Source: Alphaproteobacteria bacterium
Lineage (GTDB): Bacteria > Pseudomonadota > Alphaproteobacteria > MPNO01
Reading direction: 5' to 3'
DNA: 64,000 bases
Assembly: GCA_965248835.1 (NCBI GenBank)
Contig: CBDFLJ010000001.1
Coordinates: 1,824,001 to 1,888,000, forward strand
The notes beneath the pieces are model-generated. The model saw only the letters and a list, made by a program, of their open reading frames with translations, was not told the origin of the DNA and did not search any database. A program made the position numbers and the translations under genes. Below, piece after piece: positions 20,639 through 31,340 of this stretch (its first letter is position 1; every line of letters begins with the position of its first letter).

Positions 20639-20647
20639 GCGGCCCGC

Positions 20648-21202
20648 TCACAGCCGTTCGAGCGGCGCTGCGCCGCCGCCCGGAATGTCGACCTGGAAGG
20701 CGTTCAGGGTCAGCGCGACCATCGTATAGAACCCGGCGATGGCGACGATCTCGACCACCCCGGCCTCGCCCAAGGCGTCCAGCGCGCGGGCATAGGCCTC
20801 ATCGCCGAGTTCCCTGGTCCGGTAGAGCTCGGTGCACAGCCCATAGATCGCCAGATCGGCCGGATCGGACAGGTCCGGCGTCCGGCCCTGCTTGATCGCC
20901 GCGACCGCGTCGGCGGGTACGCCGGCCTCGAGCGCGGCGTCCTCGTGGACGTGCCATTCGTACTGCGCGGTCCAGAAGCGCGCAGTGATCAGGATGGCGA
21001 GTTCGACCTGGCGCCGCGGCAGTGACGTACCCGTGCGCAGGAAGTCGCCGAACCTGTTGGCGCGGTCGGCCATTTCCGGGTTGCGCAGCCAGATCGCGAA
21101 CGGCCCGCCCAGCTTGCCGCCGCGCGGCGCGGCAATCTCCTCGCCAATCCGTTTCTGCTCCGCCGACATGTCCGCGGATCTCATCGGATCAATCCGTGCC
21201 AT
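20648..21202 (-). CDS. CMD family protein (second paralog)
   Basis: PRGG...GPF, ELAIL, QYEWHVH...ALEAG, GFY. Confidence 0.88.
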   Translation of the reverse strand: MARIDPMRSADMSAEQKRIGEEIAAPRGGKLGGPFAIWLRNPEMADRANRFGDFLRTGTSLPRRQVELAILITARFWTAQYEWHVHEDAALEAGVPADAVAAIKQGRTPDLSDPADLAIYGLCTELYRTRELGDEAYARALDALGEAGVVEIVAIAGFYTMVALTLNAFQVDIPGGGAAPLERL

Positions 21203-21322
21203 CTGCCTCTCTCCCTTTGGCTGTGCGGCGCAAGAAGAACAGTTTGGCCCCCGCTTGCGCAACCTGCGAAACTGAACCGGCCGGGGAGGTCTGGGACCCC
21301 GGCCGTGTAGGGAGACCGAGCG

Positions 21323-22087
21323 ATGGAGATCAAGGGTGGGGCGGCGCTGATCACCGGCGGTTCGTCGGGGATCGGCGCCGCCGCGGCGCTTCGGCTGGCC
21401 GCGCGCGGCTGCAATGTCGCGGTGACCTACCGCGTCAACGCCGACGGCGCGGCCGACGTCGTCCATTCCTGCCAGGCGGCCGGCGTCGAAGCCCTCGCAT
21501 TGCAGGGCGATGTCGCCCGGGACGACGATTGCCGCACCCTGGCCAGGACCGTTCTCGACCGATGGGGCCGTCTGGATGCCGTGGTCAACAGTGCCGGCAC
21601 GACCCGGTTCGTCGATGCCTTCGATCTGGAGGCGCTGACGGCCGAGGATTTCATGGACTCCTATGCCGTCAACGTCCTGGGGGCGTTCCAGATGAGCCGG
21701 GCGGCGGCACCGGCGATGAAGGCCGGCGGCGCCGGTGCGGTCGTCAACGTCTCCACCTATGCCGCGGCGAATGGAACCGGCAGTTCGATCGCCTACACCG
21801 CGTCCAAGGGCGCGTTGAATACGCTCACCCTGTCGCTCGCCCGGGTGCTGGCGCCGGAGATCCGGGTGAACTGCGTCGCGCCGACGCTGACCGACACGCG
21901 CTGGAACCGGGCCGGCCTCGGCGACGAGCGCTACGAGCAGGTCCTCGGCCGGTTCGAGACCGAAGCCCCTCTCAAGGCCAAGCTCCTCGCCGATCACGTG
22001 GCCGATGCGATCGACTGGCTGGTTGTCGGCGCGGACCGGATGACCGGCGAGATCCTGCAGATCAGTGCCGGCACGCATCTGGGATAG
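21323..22087 (+). CDS. Short-chain dehydrogenase/reductase
   Basis: TGGSSGIG, NSAG, catalytic YTASK, IRVNCVAP. Confidence 0.93.
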   Translation: MEIKGGAALITGGSSGIGAAAALRLAARGCNVAVTYRVNADGAADVVHSCQAAGVEALALQGDVARDDDCRTLARTVLDRWGRLDAVVNSAGTTRFVDAFDLEALTAEDFMDSYAVNVLGAFQMSRAAAPAMKAGGAGAVVNVSTYAAANGTGSSIAYTASKGALNTLTLSLARVLAPEIRVNCVAPTLTDTRWNRAGLGDERYEQVLGRFETEAPLKAKLLADHVADAIDWLVVGADRMTGEILQISAGTHLG

Positions 22088-22129
22088 CGGTCCCTGCCGC
22101 GCCGCGCGCCGCGCCGCCGGCAGGCCCCA

Positions 22130-22750
22130 TCATCCGAAATCGACGCCTTTTTGGACCGCCGGGCGGGCGGCGATACCCTCGTACCAGCGGGCGATGTTCG
22201 CCAGCCCCTCCACCAGTTGCGGGGCGACAATCCGGCAGCGGTACATGTGGCCGAAGAATGCGAAATCGGCGATCGTCAGGTCCTCGCCCGCACAATAGGG
22301 CCGTGCCCCCAGGGCGCCGTCCCAGACCTCGAGATGGCGGCGATAGCGCCGTTCGAACATTTCCTGGGTCGGTTTGTGCGGCTCCTCCATCCGGCCGATC
22401 ACGAAGATCGTCTGCAACCCGAGCCCGAGATCGGTCGCGATGTTCATATAGTGCTCGTCGAAATGAAGCCTGTCCTGGGGCGTCCTGGGCAGGAACTTGC
22501 CGGTCTTGTGCGCGAGATAGGACAGGATCGCCGGCGATTGCGCCATCGTGACTTCGCCGCCGTCAGGGCCGTCGTGATCGACGATCACCGGTGTCAGCCC
22601 CTGTGGATTGAGCGCCAGAAATTCCGACTCGAAATTCGCGCCCTTGGCCAGGTCGACGAAGTGGAGGCGGTAGTCCAGGCCGCATTCCTCCAGCATGATC
22701 CGAGCGCGAATGCCATTGGATGTCCCGGCGGCGTGGAGTTCGATCATCAT
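22130..22750 (-). CDS. Glutathione S-transferase, Nu-class (YfcG/YghU)-like
   Basis: GTSNG, LEECGL, LNPQGLTPVIVD, QSPAILSYLA, TIAD, RPAVQKG. Confidence 0.85.
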   Translation of the reverse strand: MMIELHAAGTSNGIRARIMLEECGLDYRLHFVDLAKGANFESEFLALNPQGLTPVIVDHDGPDGGEVTMAQSPAILSYLAHKTGKFLPRTPQDRLHFDEHYMNIATDLGLGLQTIFVIGRMEEPHKPTQEMFERRYRRHLEVWDGALGARPYCAGEDLTIADFAFFGHMYRCRIVAPQLVEGLANIARWYEGIAARPAVQKGVDFG

Positions 22751-22756
22751 CGCGTC

Positions 22757-22795
22757 CTTTCGTTTGGTTCTTTCGTTCGGTTCTTTCGTTCGGTG
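22757..22795. repeat. 13-bp tandem repeat x3 (CTTTCGTTYGGTT) in the GST 5' UTR
   Basis: Units at 22757, 22770 and 22783; abuts the AAAGGA RBS on the minus strand. Confidence 0.85.
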
Positions 22796-22881
22796 GTCTG
22801 CTGCCGTTACTATCCACCGCCGGGAAGCGGGCGGCAAGATCGCCCCGCGGGACCGGCCGTGGATGGGAAAGGGAGCGATCG

Positions 22882-23718
22882 ATGGGGCTGACGCTCTATC
22901 ACTTCAACAATTCCGTGTGCTCGCAAAAGGTCCGGCTGGTGCTTGCCGAGAAGGCGCTCGACTGGGATGAGCGGCTCGTCGATCTGTTCAAGCTCGAGCA
23001 GTACGATCCGGATTATGTCGCTCTCAACCCCAAGGGCGTCGTCCCGACGCTGGTTCACGACGGCCGCGCGGTGATCGAGTCCACGCTGATCTGCGAATAT
23101 CTCGACGATGCCTTCTCCGATCCGCCGCTCAAGCCCGCCGACCCGGCCGGAGTCGCGGCAATGCGCGTGTGGACCAAGGCGGTCGACGAGGGCCTGCACG
23201 AGGGCGTGGCCGCGATCAGCTTCTCGGCGATGTTTCGCGAGCGTATGAAATCCATGGGCGAGGCGCTGCGCACCCGGCGCTATCGCAACATCGGCGATCC
23301 GGTCCGCCGCGACCGCGACCGTGCGGTCTTCGAACACGGCGTGGAGGCACCCCATGTCTTCAACGCGATCGCTGCCTACGAGACGGTGTTCGCCAAGCTC
23401 GAAATGACACTGGCCGACGGCCGCGACTGGATCACCGGCACGGCCTATTCCCTGGCCGAGATCGGGCTGGCGCCCTACGCGGCCCGGCTCGAATATCTCG
23501 ATCTTCTCCAGGTGTGGATCGATGACCGCCCGAACGTGGCCGCGTGGTGGGAGCGCATCAAGGCACGGCCCGGCTACCGGTCCGGGCTCAGCGGCCGGCT
23601 GACGGACGGGGAGATCGAGCCCATGAGGCGGTTCGGCGGCGCTATAAGGCAGCGCGTGGCCGAGCGCCGGCAGGAATATCTGGACGCGTTTGCGGTTCGG
23701 CCTCGAGATTCATCCTGA
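22882..23718 (+). CDS. Glutathione S-transferase (LigF/PcpC-like)
   Basis: LYHFNNSVCSQKVRL, LNPKGVVPTL, IESTLICEYLD, YSLAE. Confidence 0.88.
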   Translation: MGLTLYHFNNSVCSQKVRLVLAEKALDWDERLVDLFKLEQYDPDYVALNPKGVVPTLVHDGRAVIESTLICEYLDDAFSDPPLKPADPAGVAAMRVWTKAVDEGLHEGVAAISFSAMFRERMKSMGEALRTRRYRNIGDPVRRDRDRAVFEHGVEAPHVFNAIAAYETVFAKLEMTLADGRDWITGTAYSLAEIGLAPYAARLEYLDLLQVWIDDRPNVAAWWERIKARPGYRSGLSGRLTDGEIEPMRRFGGAIRQRVAERRQEYLDAFAVRPRDSS

Positions 23719-23772
23719 CATGGTGATCCGGCGGCGGGGGTCCGGTGTCCTTTCCGCGCCGGGCCACCGGAC

Positions 23773-24717
23773 ATGAAAGCATGGCAATCCGGGACCGAGG
23801 CCGCGATCGGGGGGCTTGCGCTGATCGAGGCGCCGGCGCCGCGGCCGGGGCCGGGCGAGCTGCTGGTCCGCGTCGAGGCTGCAGCGTTGAACTACTCCGA
23901 TCTCCTGATGATCGAGGGGCGTTACCAGGTCCGGCCCGAACGGCCGTTCACACCGGGCCAGGAGGTTGCGGGGACGGTCGTTGAAAGCGGCGCGCGCGTC
24001 GCTGCGAAGGTGCCGTGGGGCGGGTTCGCCGAGTATGCGCTGGTCCGGGCCGACATGGCGCTGCCGATCCCCGCCTCGATCCCGCCGGCCATCGCCGCCG
24101 CGCTTCCGGTGGTTTACACCACAGCCCTGGTCGCCCTGACCGAGACCGCGGCGGTCCGCCGGGGCGACTGGGTGCTGATAACCGCCGCGACGGGCGGGCT
24201 CGGCATTGCCGCGATGCAGGTCGCACGGCACCTGGGCGCTCGCGTGATCGCGCTGACCAGCGGTCCGGCCAAGGCCGCGGTCGCAGCCGAGGAGGGGGCG
24301 GAGGCGGTCATCGACTCGGCGACCGAGGAGATTGCCGGCGCGGTCTTGGACAGGACCGGCGGGCAGGGCGTCAGGATCGTCCTGGACAGCGTCGGCGGCG
24401 CAATGACCGAGACCGCGCTCAAGTGCCTGGCCTGGCGCGGCGAGATCCTGCTGGCCGGATTCCTGAGCGGCGAGATCCCGCGGATCGCCGCGCATCGGCT
24501 GTTGCTCAAGGGGGCGGCAGCCAAGGGGGTCTACTGGGACCACGACCGCGATGCGGCAATGTTGGCACACCGCAGCGCGCAGGTTGTGGATCTGTGTGCC
24601 GCAGGCACCTTCAGGCCACGTGTGACCTCGCGCTACGGGCTCGCCGATCTGCCCCGCGCGCTCGAGGATCTGCGGGCGCGGCGGTCGATCGGCAAGCTGG
24701 TCCTCAGCCTCGCCTGA
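23773..24717 (+). CDS. NADPH:quinone oxidoreductase (zeta-crystallin/MDR family)
   Basis: LNYSD...G.YQ, PFTPGQEVAG, AATGGLG, GKLVL. Confidence 0.9.
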   Translation: MKAWQSGTEAAIGGLALIEAPAPRPGPGELLVRVEAAALNYSDLLMIEGRYQVRPERPFTPGQEVAGTVVESGARVAAKVPWGGFAEYALVRADMALPIPASIPPAIAAALPVVYTTALVALTETAAVRRGDWVLITAATGGLGIAAMQVARHLGARVIALTSGPAKAAVAAEEGAEAVIDSATEEIAGAVLDRTGGQGVRIVLDSVGGAMTETALKCLAWRGEILLAGFLSGEIPRIAAHRLLLKGAAAKGVYWDHDRDAAMLAHRSAQVVDLCAAGTFRPRVTSRYGLADLPRALEDLRARRSIGKLVLSLA

Positions 24718-24827
24718 GGCGGGCCCGAGTCAGGACGCACGGCACCGGCCCGTGCGGGCACGCCCCGCACGTTTCCTGCGCGCACAGTCGAGCCGTCCGG
24801 GCGCTGCTCGGTTCGATCGTTGTAGGG

Positions 24828-25007
24828 TCAGTCCGAGAGACTGTTGTCTCCGCTACGCCAGCGAGTCTGGGATTTGCACTTCTTGCAGATCCGCTCCCCC
24901 GCCCAGGCACTCGGAAATGGCCCGCCGCACATCAGGCAGGCCCTTTCCTTTTCGCTGTACCTGTGCTCCAACCCCTGCTCTTCTAATTCGTATTCAAGCT
25001 CATCCAC
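24828..25007 (-). CDS. 59-aa Zn-ribbon small protein (CLMC...CKKC), absent from the ORF track
   Basis: Manual translation from GTG: MDELEYELEEQGLEHRYSEKERACLMCGGPFPSAWAGERICKKCKSQTRWRSGDNSLSD*. Two CxxC pairs. Confidence 0.75.
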   Translation of the reverse strand: MDELEYELEEQGLEHRYSEKERACLMCGGPFPSAWAGERICKKCKSQTRWRSGDNSLSD

Positions 25008-25201
25008 GCGCCTAATTTAGGACACGAAGCGGGTGTAGGACAACGCCGATGTTCCACTCGCATGGAAGCCATCCAGATTTGCATGGAAAGCGGTGCGGAC
25101 GGCGTTCTGTCGGACCGGTCAACGAGGGCTCGCGGACCCGCCGCGATCGGCCTATGATCGCGGCCGCAACCGCAATCGGCTGGGCATTCGGAGACCATGT
25201 C

Positions 25202-25417
25202 TTGAAAGAGGATTTGCTGGAAACCACCGGCACCGTCGTGGAAAAGCTGCCAAACGCGATGTTCAAGGTGAAGCTGGAAAACGAGCACGAGATCATCGCG
25301 CAGCCAAAGGGCAAGATGCGCAAGTTCCGCATCCGGGTGATGGTGGGCGACCGGGTCGATGTCGAGATGTCGCCCTATGACCTCACCCGCGGCCGTATTA
25401 CGTTCCGCCACAAATAG
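25202..25417 (+). CDS. infA: Translation initiation factor IF-1
   Basis: [24 protein letters not shown]...GKMRK..IR...[23 protein letters not shown] start behind GGAG. Confidence 0.96.
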   Translation: MKEDLLETTGTVVEKLPNAMFKVKLENEHEIIAQPKGKMRKFRIRVMVGDRVDVEMSPYDLTRGRITFRHK

Positions 25418-25475
25418 CGCCCCACGGCTTGCGCAGGGCGGGCCCGGCGTGATCCAGACAGCGAGGCGTTGAGCG

Positions 25476-27155
<1,680 letters not shown>

Positions 27156-27224
27156 TGCGATCGCCGCCGGCAGCGTCCAAACCGGCGGTTTGTCGCATGG
27201 GCGCGTTTTCCGTACTGTGCGCCT

Positions 27225-27767
27225 ATGACCGGGGCGCGGCAGGATCGTTCGGCGGCCGATCGGGTGGAGCGGAAGCGCGATTTGGTCACCTCGTCGACCG
27301 AGATCCTGAGCACGGTCTCGGCCTTCTGGATCCTGCTCCTCGCCGCCATCTACCTTTACGACATCCTCGGCCGCGAGCTGTTCAACACGCCGTTTCTCGG
27401 CACCCATGAGATCGTCTCGAACTCGATCGTAGGGATCCTGTTCCTCGAGCTCCCCTCGACCATCAAGCGCGGCGCCATGCTGCGCACGACCATCGTCTTC
27501 GACGCGGTCTCCGCGGCGTGGCGGCGGATCATCGAATGCCTGTCCTACCTGTTCGGCGTCGCCCTGTTCCTGGCCATCATCTTCGGCGGCTGGGATGCGA
27601 TGATCGTAAGCTGGCAGCTCCTCGAGATCGAAGGCGCCGGCGCGTTCGAGGTGCCGATCTATCCGGTCAGGACCCTGATTATCGTCTTCAGCGCGATCTG
27701 CGCGCTGGTCTATGTCCAGCTTCTCTTTCTGACGTTGACCGGCAGGACCGCGCCCGAAAAGGCATAG
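27225..27767 (+). CDS. TRAP transporter small permease (DctQ)
   Basis: Four TM segments, DILGRELFN.P, directly before a DctM gene. Confidence 0.87.
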   Translation: MTGARQDRSAADRVERKRDLVTSSTEILSTVSAFWILLLAAIYLYDILGRELFNTPFLGTHEIVSNSIVGILFLELPSTIKRGAMLRTTIVFDAVSAAWRRIIECLSYLFGVALFLAIIFGGWDAMIVSWQLLEIEGAGAFEVPIYPVRTLIIVFSAICALVYVQLLFLTLTGRTAPEKA

Positions 27768-27821
27768 CGAACCCGCGGTGAGACGCCGTCGTCCAAACGG
27801 AAGGCCCAAGGAGTAAACACG

Positions 27822-29123
27822 GTGGAGCCTGACGTTGTCCTTGTGATCATCCTCGTTGCCCTGATCGCGCTGGTGATCTCCGGGCTCCACATCGGCATCG
27901 TGCTCGGCATTGTCTCGCTCGGCGGCACCTATCTGATGTTCGACGACCTCGGCATCACGCTGGAGCTCGCCAACCAGGCGGCCTACGCGGTGCTGCGCAA
28001 CTCGGTCTTTGCCGCGATCCCGCTTTTCGTCCTGATGGGCGAGTTCATGAGCAAGTCGGGCATGGCCCGTGACCTCTACAAGATCTGCAACTACTTCCTG
28101 CGCCGGCTGCCGGGCCGGCTTGCGGTGGCCACCGTGTTCGGCAACGCGGTGTTTGCCGCCGTAACCGGGGTCAGCATCGCATCCGCCATGGCGTTCTCGC
28201 GGATCTCCTATCCGGAGATGCGTAAATTCGGCTACAACCGCTCCTATGCGCTCGGCTCGATCGCCGGCAGCGCCAGCCTCGGCATGCTGATCCCGCCAAG
28301 CGTGCTCCTGATCGTCTGGGGCATCGTCATCGAGCATTCGATCGGCAAGCTGTTCCTCGCCGGTTTCATCCCCGGGCTGATCCTGGCCGTTCTGATGGGC
28401 GTGTACTGCTCGGCGCGGGCCAGGTTCAAGCCGGAACTGGCGCCGACCCCCGACGGTGCGGAGGCTGCCGCGCCCACGATGGCGGAGGTCGTGAGCGGGC
28501 TCGGGGTGGTGGTTCTCATCCTGCTGGTGCTGGGCGGGCTGTTCGCCGGGCTGTTCACGCCCTCGGAGTCGGCCGCGGTGGGCTGTGCCGGCGCGATCGT
28601 CTTCTCGTGCTTCAAGCGGGTCGCCTGGACCGATTACCGCAGCGCGGTCATCGAGTCCGGCAAGACGATCGCCCCGATCCTGTTCCTGCTGATGATGGCC
28701 TCGATGTATGCGAAGTTCCTGGCGCTGGGCGGGATCATCAACATCATCCAGGACTTCATCGGCGGCTTCGGGCTCGGTCCCTTCGGCGTTACGGTGCTGA
28801 TGATCGTGATCTGGCTGGCAATGGGAACGCTGATCGATTCGATCTCGATCATCCTGTTGACCGTGCCGATCTTCTGGCCGCTCGCCCAGGTCGGCGGCTG
28901 GGACCCGTTCGCGTTCGCGATCTTCGGTATCCTGGCGATCGAGGCGGGCCTGTTGACCCCGCCGTTCGGACTGCTGGTCTACACCGTCAAGGGGTCGGTG
29001 CCCGATCAGTCGGTGACGCTGTCGGAGATCTTTCTGGGATCGATCCCCTACTGGATCCTGATGCTGTTGGTGATGATCGTCATCTGGGTCTGGCCGGTCA
29101 CCGCGACGTTCCTGACCAAATAG
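27822..29123 (+). CDS. TRAP transporter large permease (DctM)
   Basis: AIPLFVLMG, PEM...GY, LGMLIPPS, FTPSESA, LTPPFG. Confidence 0.95.
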   Translation: MEPDVVLVIILVALIALVISGLHIGIVLGIVSLGGTYLMFDDLGITLELANQAAYAVLRNSVFAAIPLFVLMGEFMSKSGMARDLYKICNYFLRRLPGRLAVATVFGNAVFAAVTGVSIASAMAFSRISYPEMRKFGYNRSYALGSIAGSASLGMLIPPSVLLIVWGIVIEHSIGKLFLAGFIPGLILAVLMGVYCSARARFKPELAPTPDGAEAAAPTMAEVVSGLGVVVLILLVLGGLFAGLFTPSESAAVGCAGAIVFSCFKRVAWTDYRSAVIESGKTIAPILFLLMMASMYAKFLALGGIINIIQDFIGGFGLGPFGVTVLMIVIWLAMGTLIDSISIILLTVPIFWPLAQVGGWDPFAFAIFGILAIEAGLLTPPFGLLVYTVKGSVPDQSVTLSEIFLGSIPYWILMLLVMIVIWVWPVTATFLTK

Positions 29124-29129
29124 CGCGGC

Positions 29130-30125
29130 TCAGCCGAGCCGCACCGCCGTTGCGGTCTGCGCGGAGGCCACGATCGCCTCCAGGATCTCGACATTGTGCA
29201 GCTTCTGTGCGCGCGTGAACCGGTAGGGCGCCGTGCCTTCGGCCGCATCCGCCCAGGCTTCCAGGTTGGCCCGAACGGTATCGGTATGCTTGAAGGTCCG
29301 AGTGCGGATCTCCTCGTCCATGCCGCACCAGGTGAGCACCGCCGGGTCAGGCTCGTCGACGTTGGAGACCTCGCGCGATTCCGCCCAGCCGCGGTCGCCG
29401 AAAACGCTGATGCGCTGGTAGAACGGCGTGGTCGCCAAGGTGCACAGCGTCCCCGTCACGCCCGAGGCGAAGGCGAACTGGATCGACAGGATGTCGTCAT
29501 CGGCATAGTCGGCCGACCGGTGCGCGGTGCGGGCGGAAATTTCGGCGACCGGGCCGGCGATGCTCTGGATGTAGTCCGTCATGTGAACGCCCAGCGCCGT
29601 CAGCATCCCGGCCGGGGCCTGGGCGGTGTCCTTGCGCCAGCCCGTGGGCGGCGCGTTGACGAAGCGGTTGTAGGAGCAGTTGATCTCGATATGCAGCAAC
29701 GTTCCAAGCGCGCCGGTATCGGCCATGCGCTTGATTTCCTCCAGGGCGCCCTCGTAGCGCCGCTCGTGGCCGATGCCGAGCACGATGCCCTTGTCATCGC
29801 AGGCGCTCAGCATCCGCTCCGCCGCTGCGCCCGAAAGCGCCAGGGGCTTTTCACAGAAGACCTGCTTGCCCGCCGCGGCCGCGGCCAGCACCTGCTCTTC
29901 ATGCAGGCCGTGGGGCGTGGCGATGATCACCGCATCGATCGCGGTATCGCGGAGAACCGCGTCGTACCGGTCGCTCAGCCGCAGGCCCCGGTCCGCGGCG
30001 AACTGCGCCAAGCCATCGAGCGCGACATCGACACCGCAGACAACCGCGATGCGATCGCTGCCCTGGAGGCTTGCGATGATCTGCTTGCCCCACCAGCCCA
30101 GCCCGACGACGGCTGCCCGCAGCAT
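29130..30125 (-). CDS. Gfo/Idh/MocA family oxidoreductase
   Basis: GLGWWG, ATPHGLH, VFCEKP, GHERRY, GVHMTD. Confidence 0.92.
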   Translation of the reverse strand: MLRAAVVGLGWWGKQIIASLQGSDRIAVVCGVDVALDGLAQFAADRGLRLSDRYDAVLRDTAIDAVIIATPHGLHEEQVLAAAAAGKQVFCEKPLALSGAAAERMLSACDDKGIVLGIGHERRYEGALEEIKRMADTGALGTLLHIEINCSYNRFVNAPPTGWRKDTAQAPAGMLTALGVHMTDYIQSIAGPVAEISARTAHRSADYADDDILSIQFAFASGVTGTLCTLATTPFYQRISVFGDRGWAESREVSNVDEPDPAVLTWCGMDEEIRTRTFKHTDTVRANLEAWADAAEGTAPYRFTRAQKLHNVEILEAIVASAQTATAVRLG

Positions 30126-30169
30126 GGGTTAGCAGACCAGGTGGCGGCAGGGCAGCCTGAGCACCGCGA

Positions 30170-31255
30170 TCAATCGATCTGGTACTTGTGCGGCAGCTTG
30201 ATCCCGGCTTCCTGGGCGAGCGCGAGATAGCGCTTGAAGAACGCGGCCCCGGGCAGGCCCTTCTTGTCGAATTCCTTGGCCTTCTCGTTGGGCCAGCCGC
30301 CCAGCGCCGCGGCCATCTTCGCGCGCTCGGCGAACGGCAGATGCTGAATCGTGCTGCCGGTCGCTGCGAGCTTCTTGAGCGAGGCATCGAAGCGCCTGGT
30401 GGATTCCTCGGCCGTCTTGACCATCCAGTTCTCGGACTCCTCGGAAATGATATCCCGGATCGCCTTGGGGAGCTTGTTCTGCGACTTTGCGTTCATGCTC
30501 ATCTGGTAGAGCGAGGTCGCACCCCAGCCGACGACGGTGAAAACCGGCGCCGGCTCGTTGAGCCGGAACCCGAGCCAGGCCGTCGGGAAGATCACCAGCC
30601 CCTCGTACACGCCCGACTGAAGCGAGTTGTAAGCCTCGTTCAGGCTGGTCTGGACCGCGGTCGCGCCGGACAGCTTGAGCCAGGGAAGGTTCGGGCCGGC
30701 ACCGGCGATCTTGTGGCCTTTCAGGTCGCTCATCTTGGACCATTTGAACTTGGTCCCCAGGCCGTAGGAGGAGAACGTCCCGAATCCCAGCCATTTCTGG
30801 TCGTGCTTCTCCAGCGCCCCCTGCCATTGCGGGAACTCGCGGTAGAGCTTGCGGGTGATCTTGTGCTGCAGGATCGGATCGTCGGTCACGAAAGGCAGGT
30901 AGTAGTGGAAGGCGAAATGCACCGCCTTTGTCGGCTCGAAGCACGCGCACCACAGGCCGATGTCGAACAATCCCTTCTGCACCGCCTCCAACGTGTCGAA
31001 CGGGCCGGCGACGGTGCCGCCATAGGCTTCGATGAACCTGATCTTGTGCCCGGTCTCCTTGGCGACCCGCTCCTTGACCTTCGGCACCAGGTACTTGCTG
31101 GCCATGAAGATGGGCTCGAGCGGCTTCATCGGCTGCCCGGCACCGATGCGCAAGGTAAAGGAATCCGCCTGGGCAGCCGACGCCGAGAGCATCGCCACTG
31201 CCGCCGCCGCACCCAGACTCAACCGTCCGGCCGGGCCGATGATCTCGCGTAACAT
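30170..31255 (-). CDS. TRAP substrate-binding protein (DctP family)
   Basis: Signal peptide ending AQA, YGGTV, LEAVQKG..DI, DLKGHKI, EAYNSLQSGV. Confidence 0.87.
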   Translation of the reverse strand: MLREIIGPAGRLSLGAAAAVAMLSASAAQADSFTLRIGAGQPMKPLEPIFMASKYLVPKVKERVAKETGHKIRFIEAYGGTVAGPFDTLEAVQKGLFDIGLWCACFEPTKAVHFAFHYYLPFVTDDPILQHKITRKLYREFPQWQGALEKHDQKWLGFGTFSSYGLGTKFKWSKMSDLKGHKIAGAGPNLPWLKLSGATAVQTSLNEAYNSLQSGVYEGLVIFPTAWLGFRLNEPAPVFTVVGWGATSLYQMSMNAKSQNKLPKAIRDIISEESENWMVKTAEESTRRFDASLKKLAATGSTIQHLPFAERAKMAAALGGWPNEKAKEFDKKGLPGAAFFKRYLALAQEAGIKLPHKYQID

Positions 31256-31340
31256 TCCAGTTTCCCAATTGTCTCCCGGTTATTGTTGATAGTCGCACGA
31301 TTGTGGACGGCCGCAAACCGTCGGTCGATGACCGCGCGCG

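Noticed and set aside
24720-25010. Possible ncRNA in the gap before infA
   Set aside because: Most of it is explained by an intact 59-codon minus-strand Zn-ribbon ORF; I recognise no known RNA motif.
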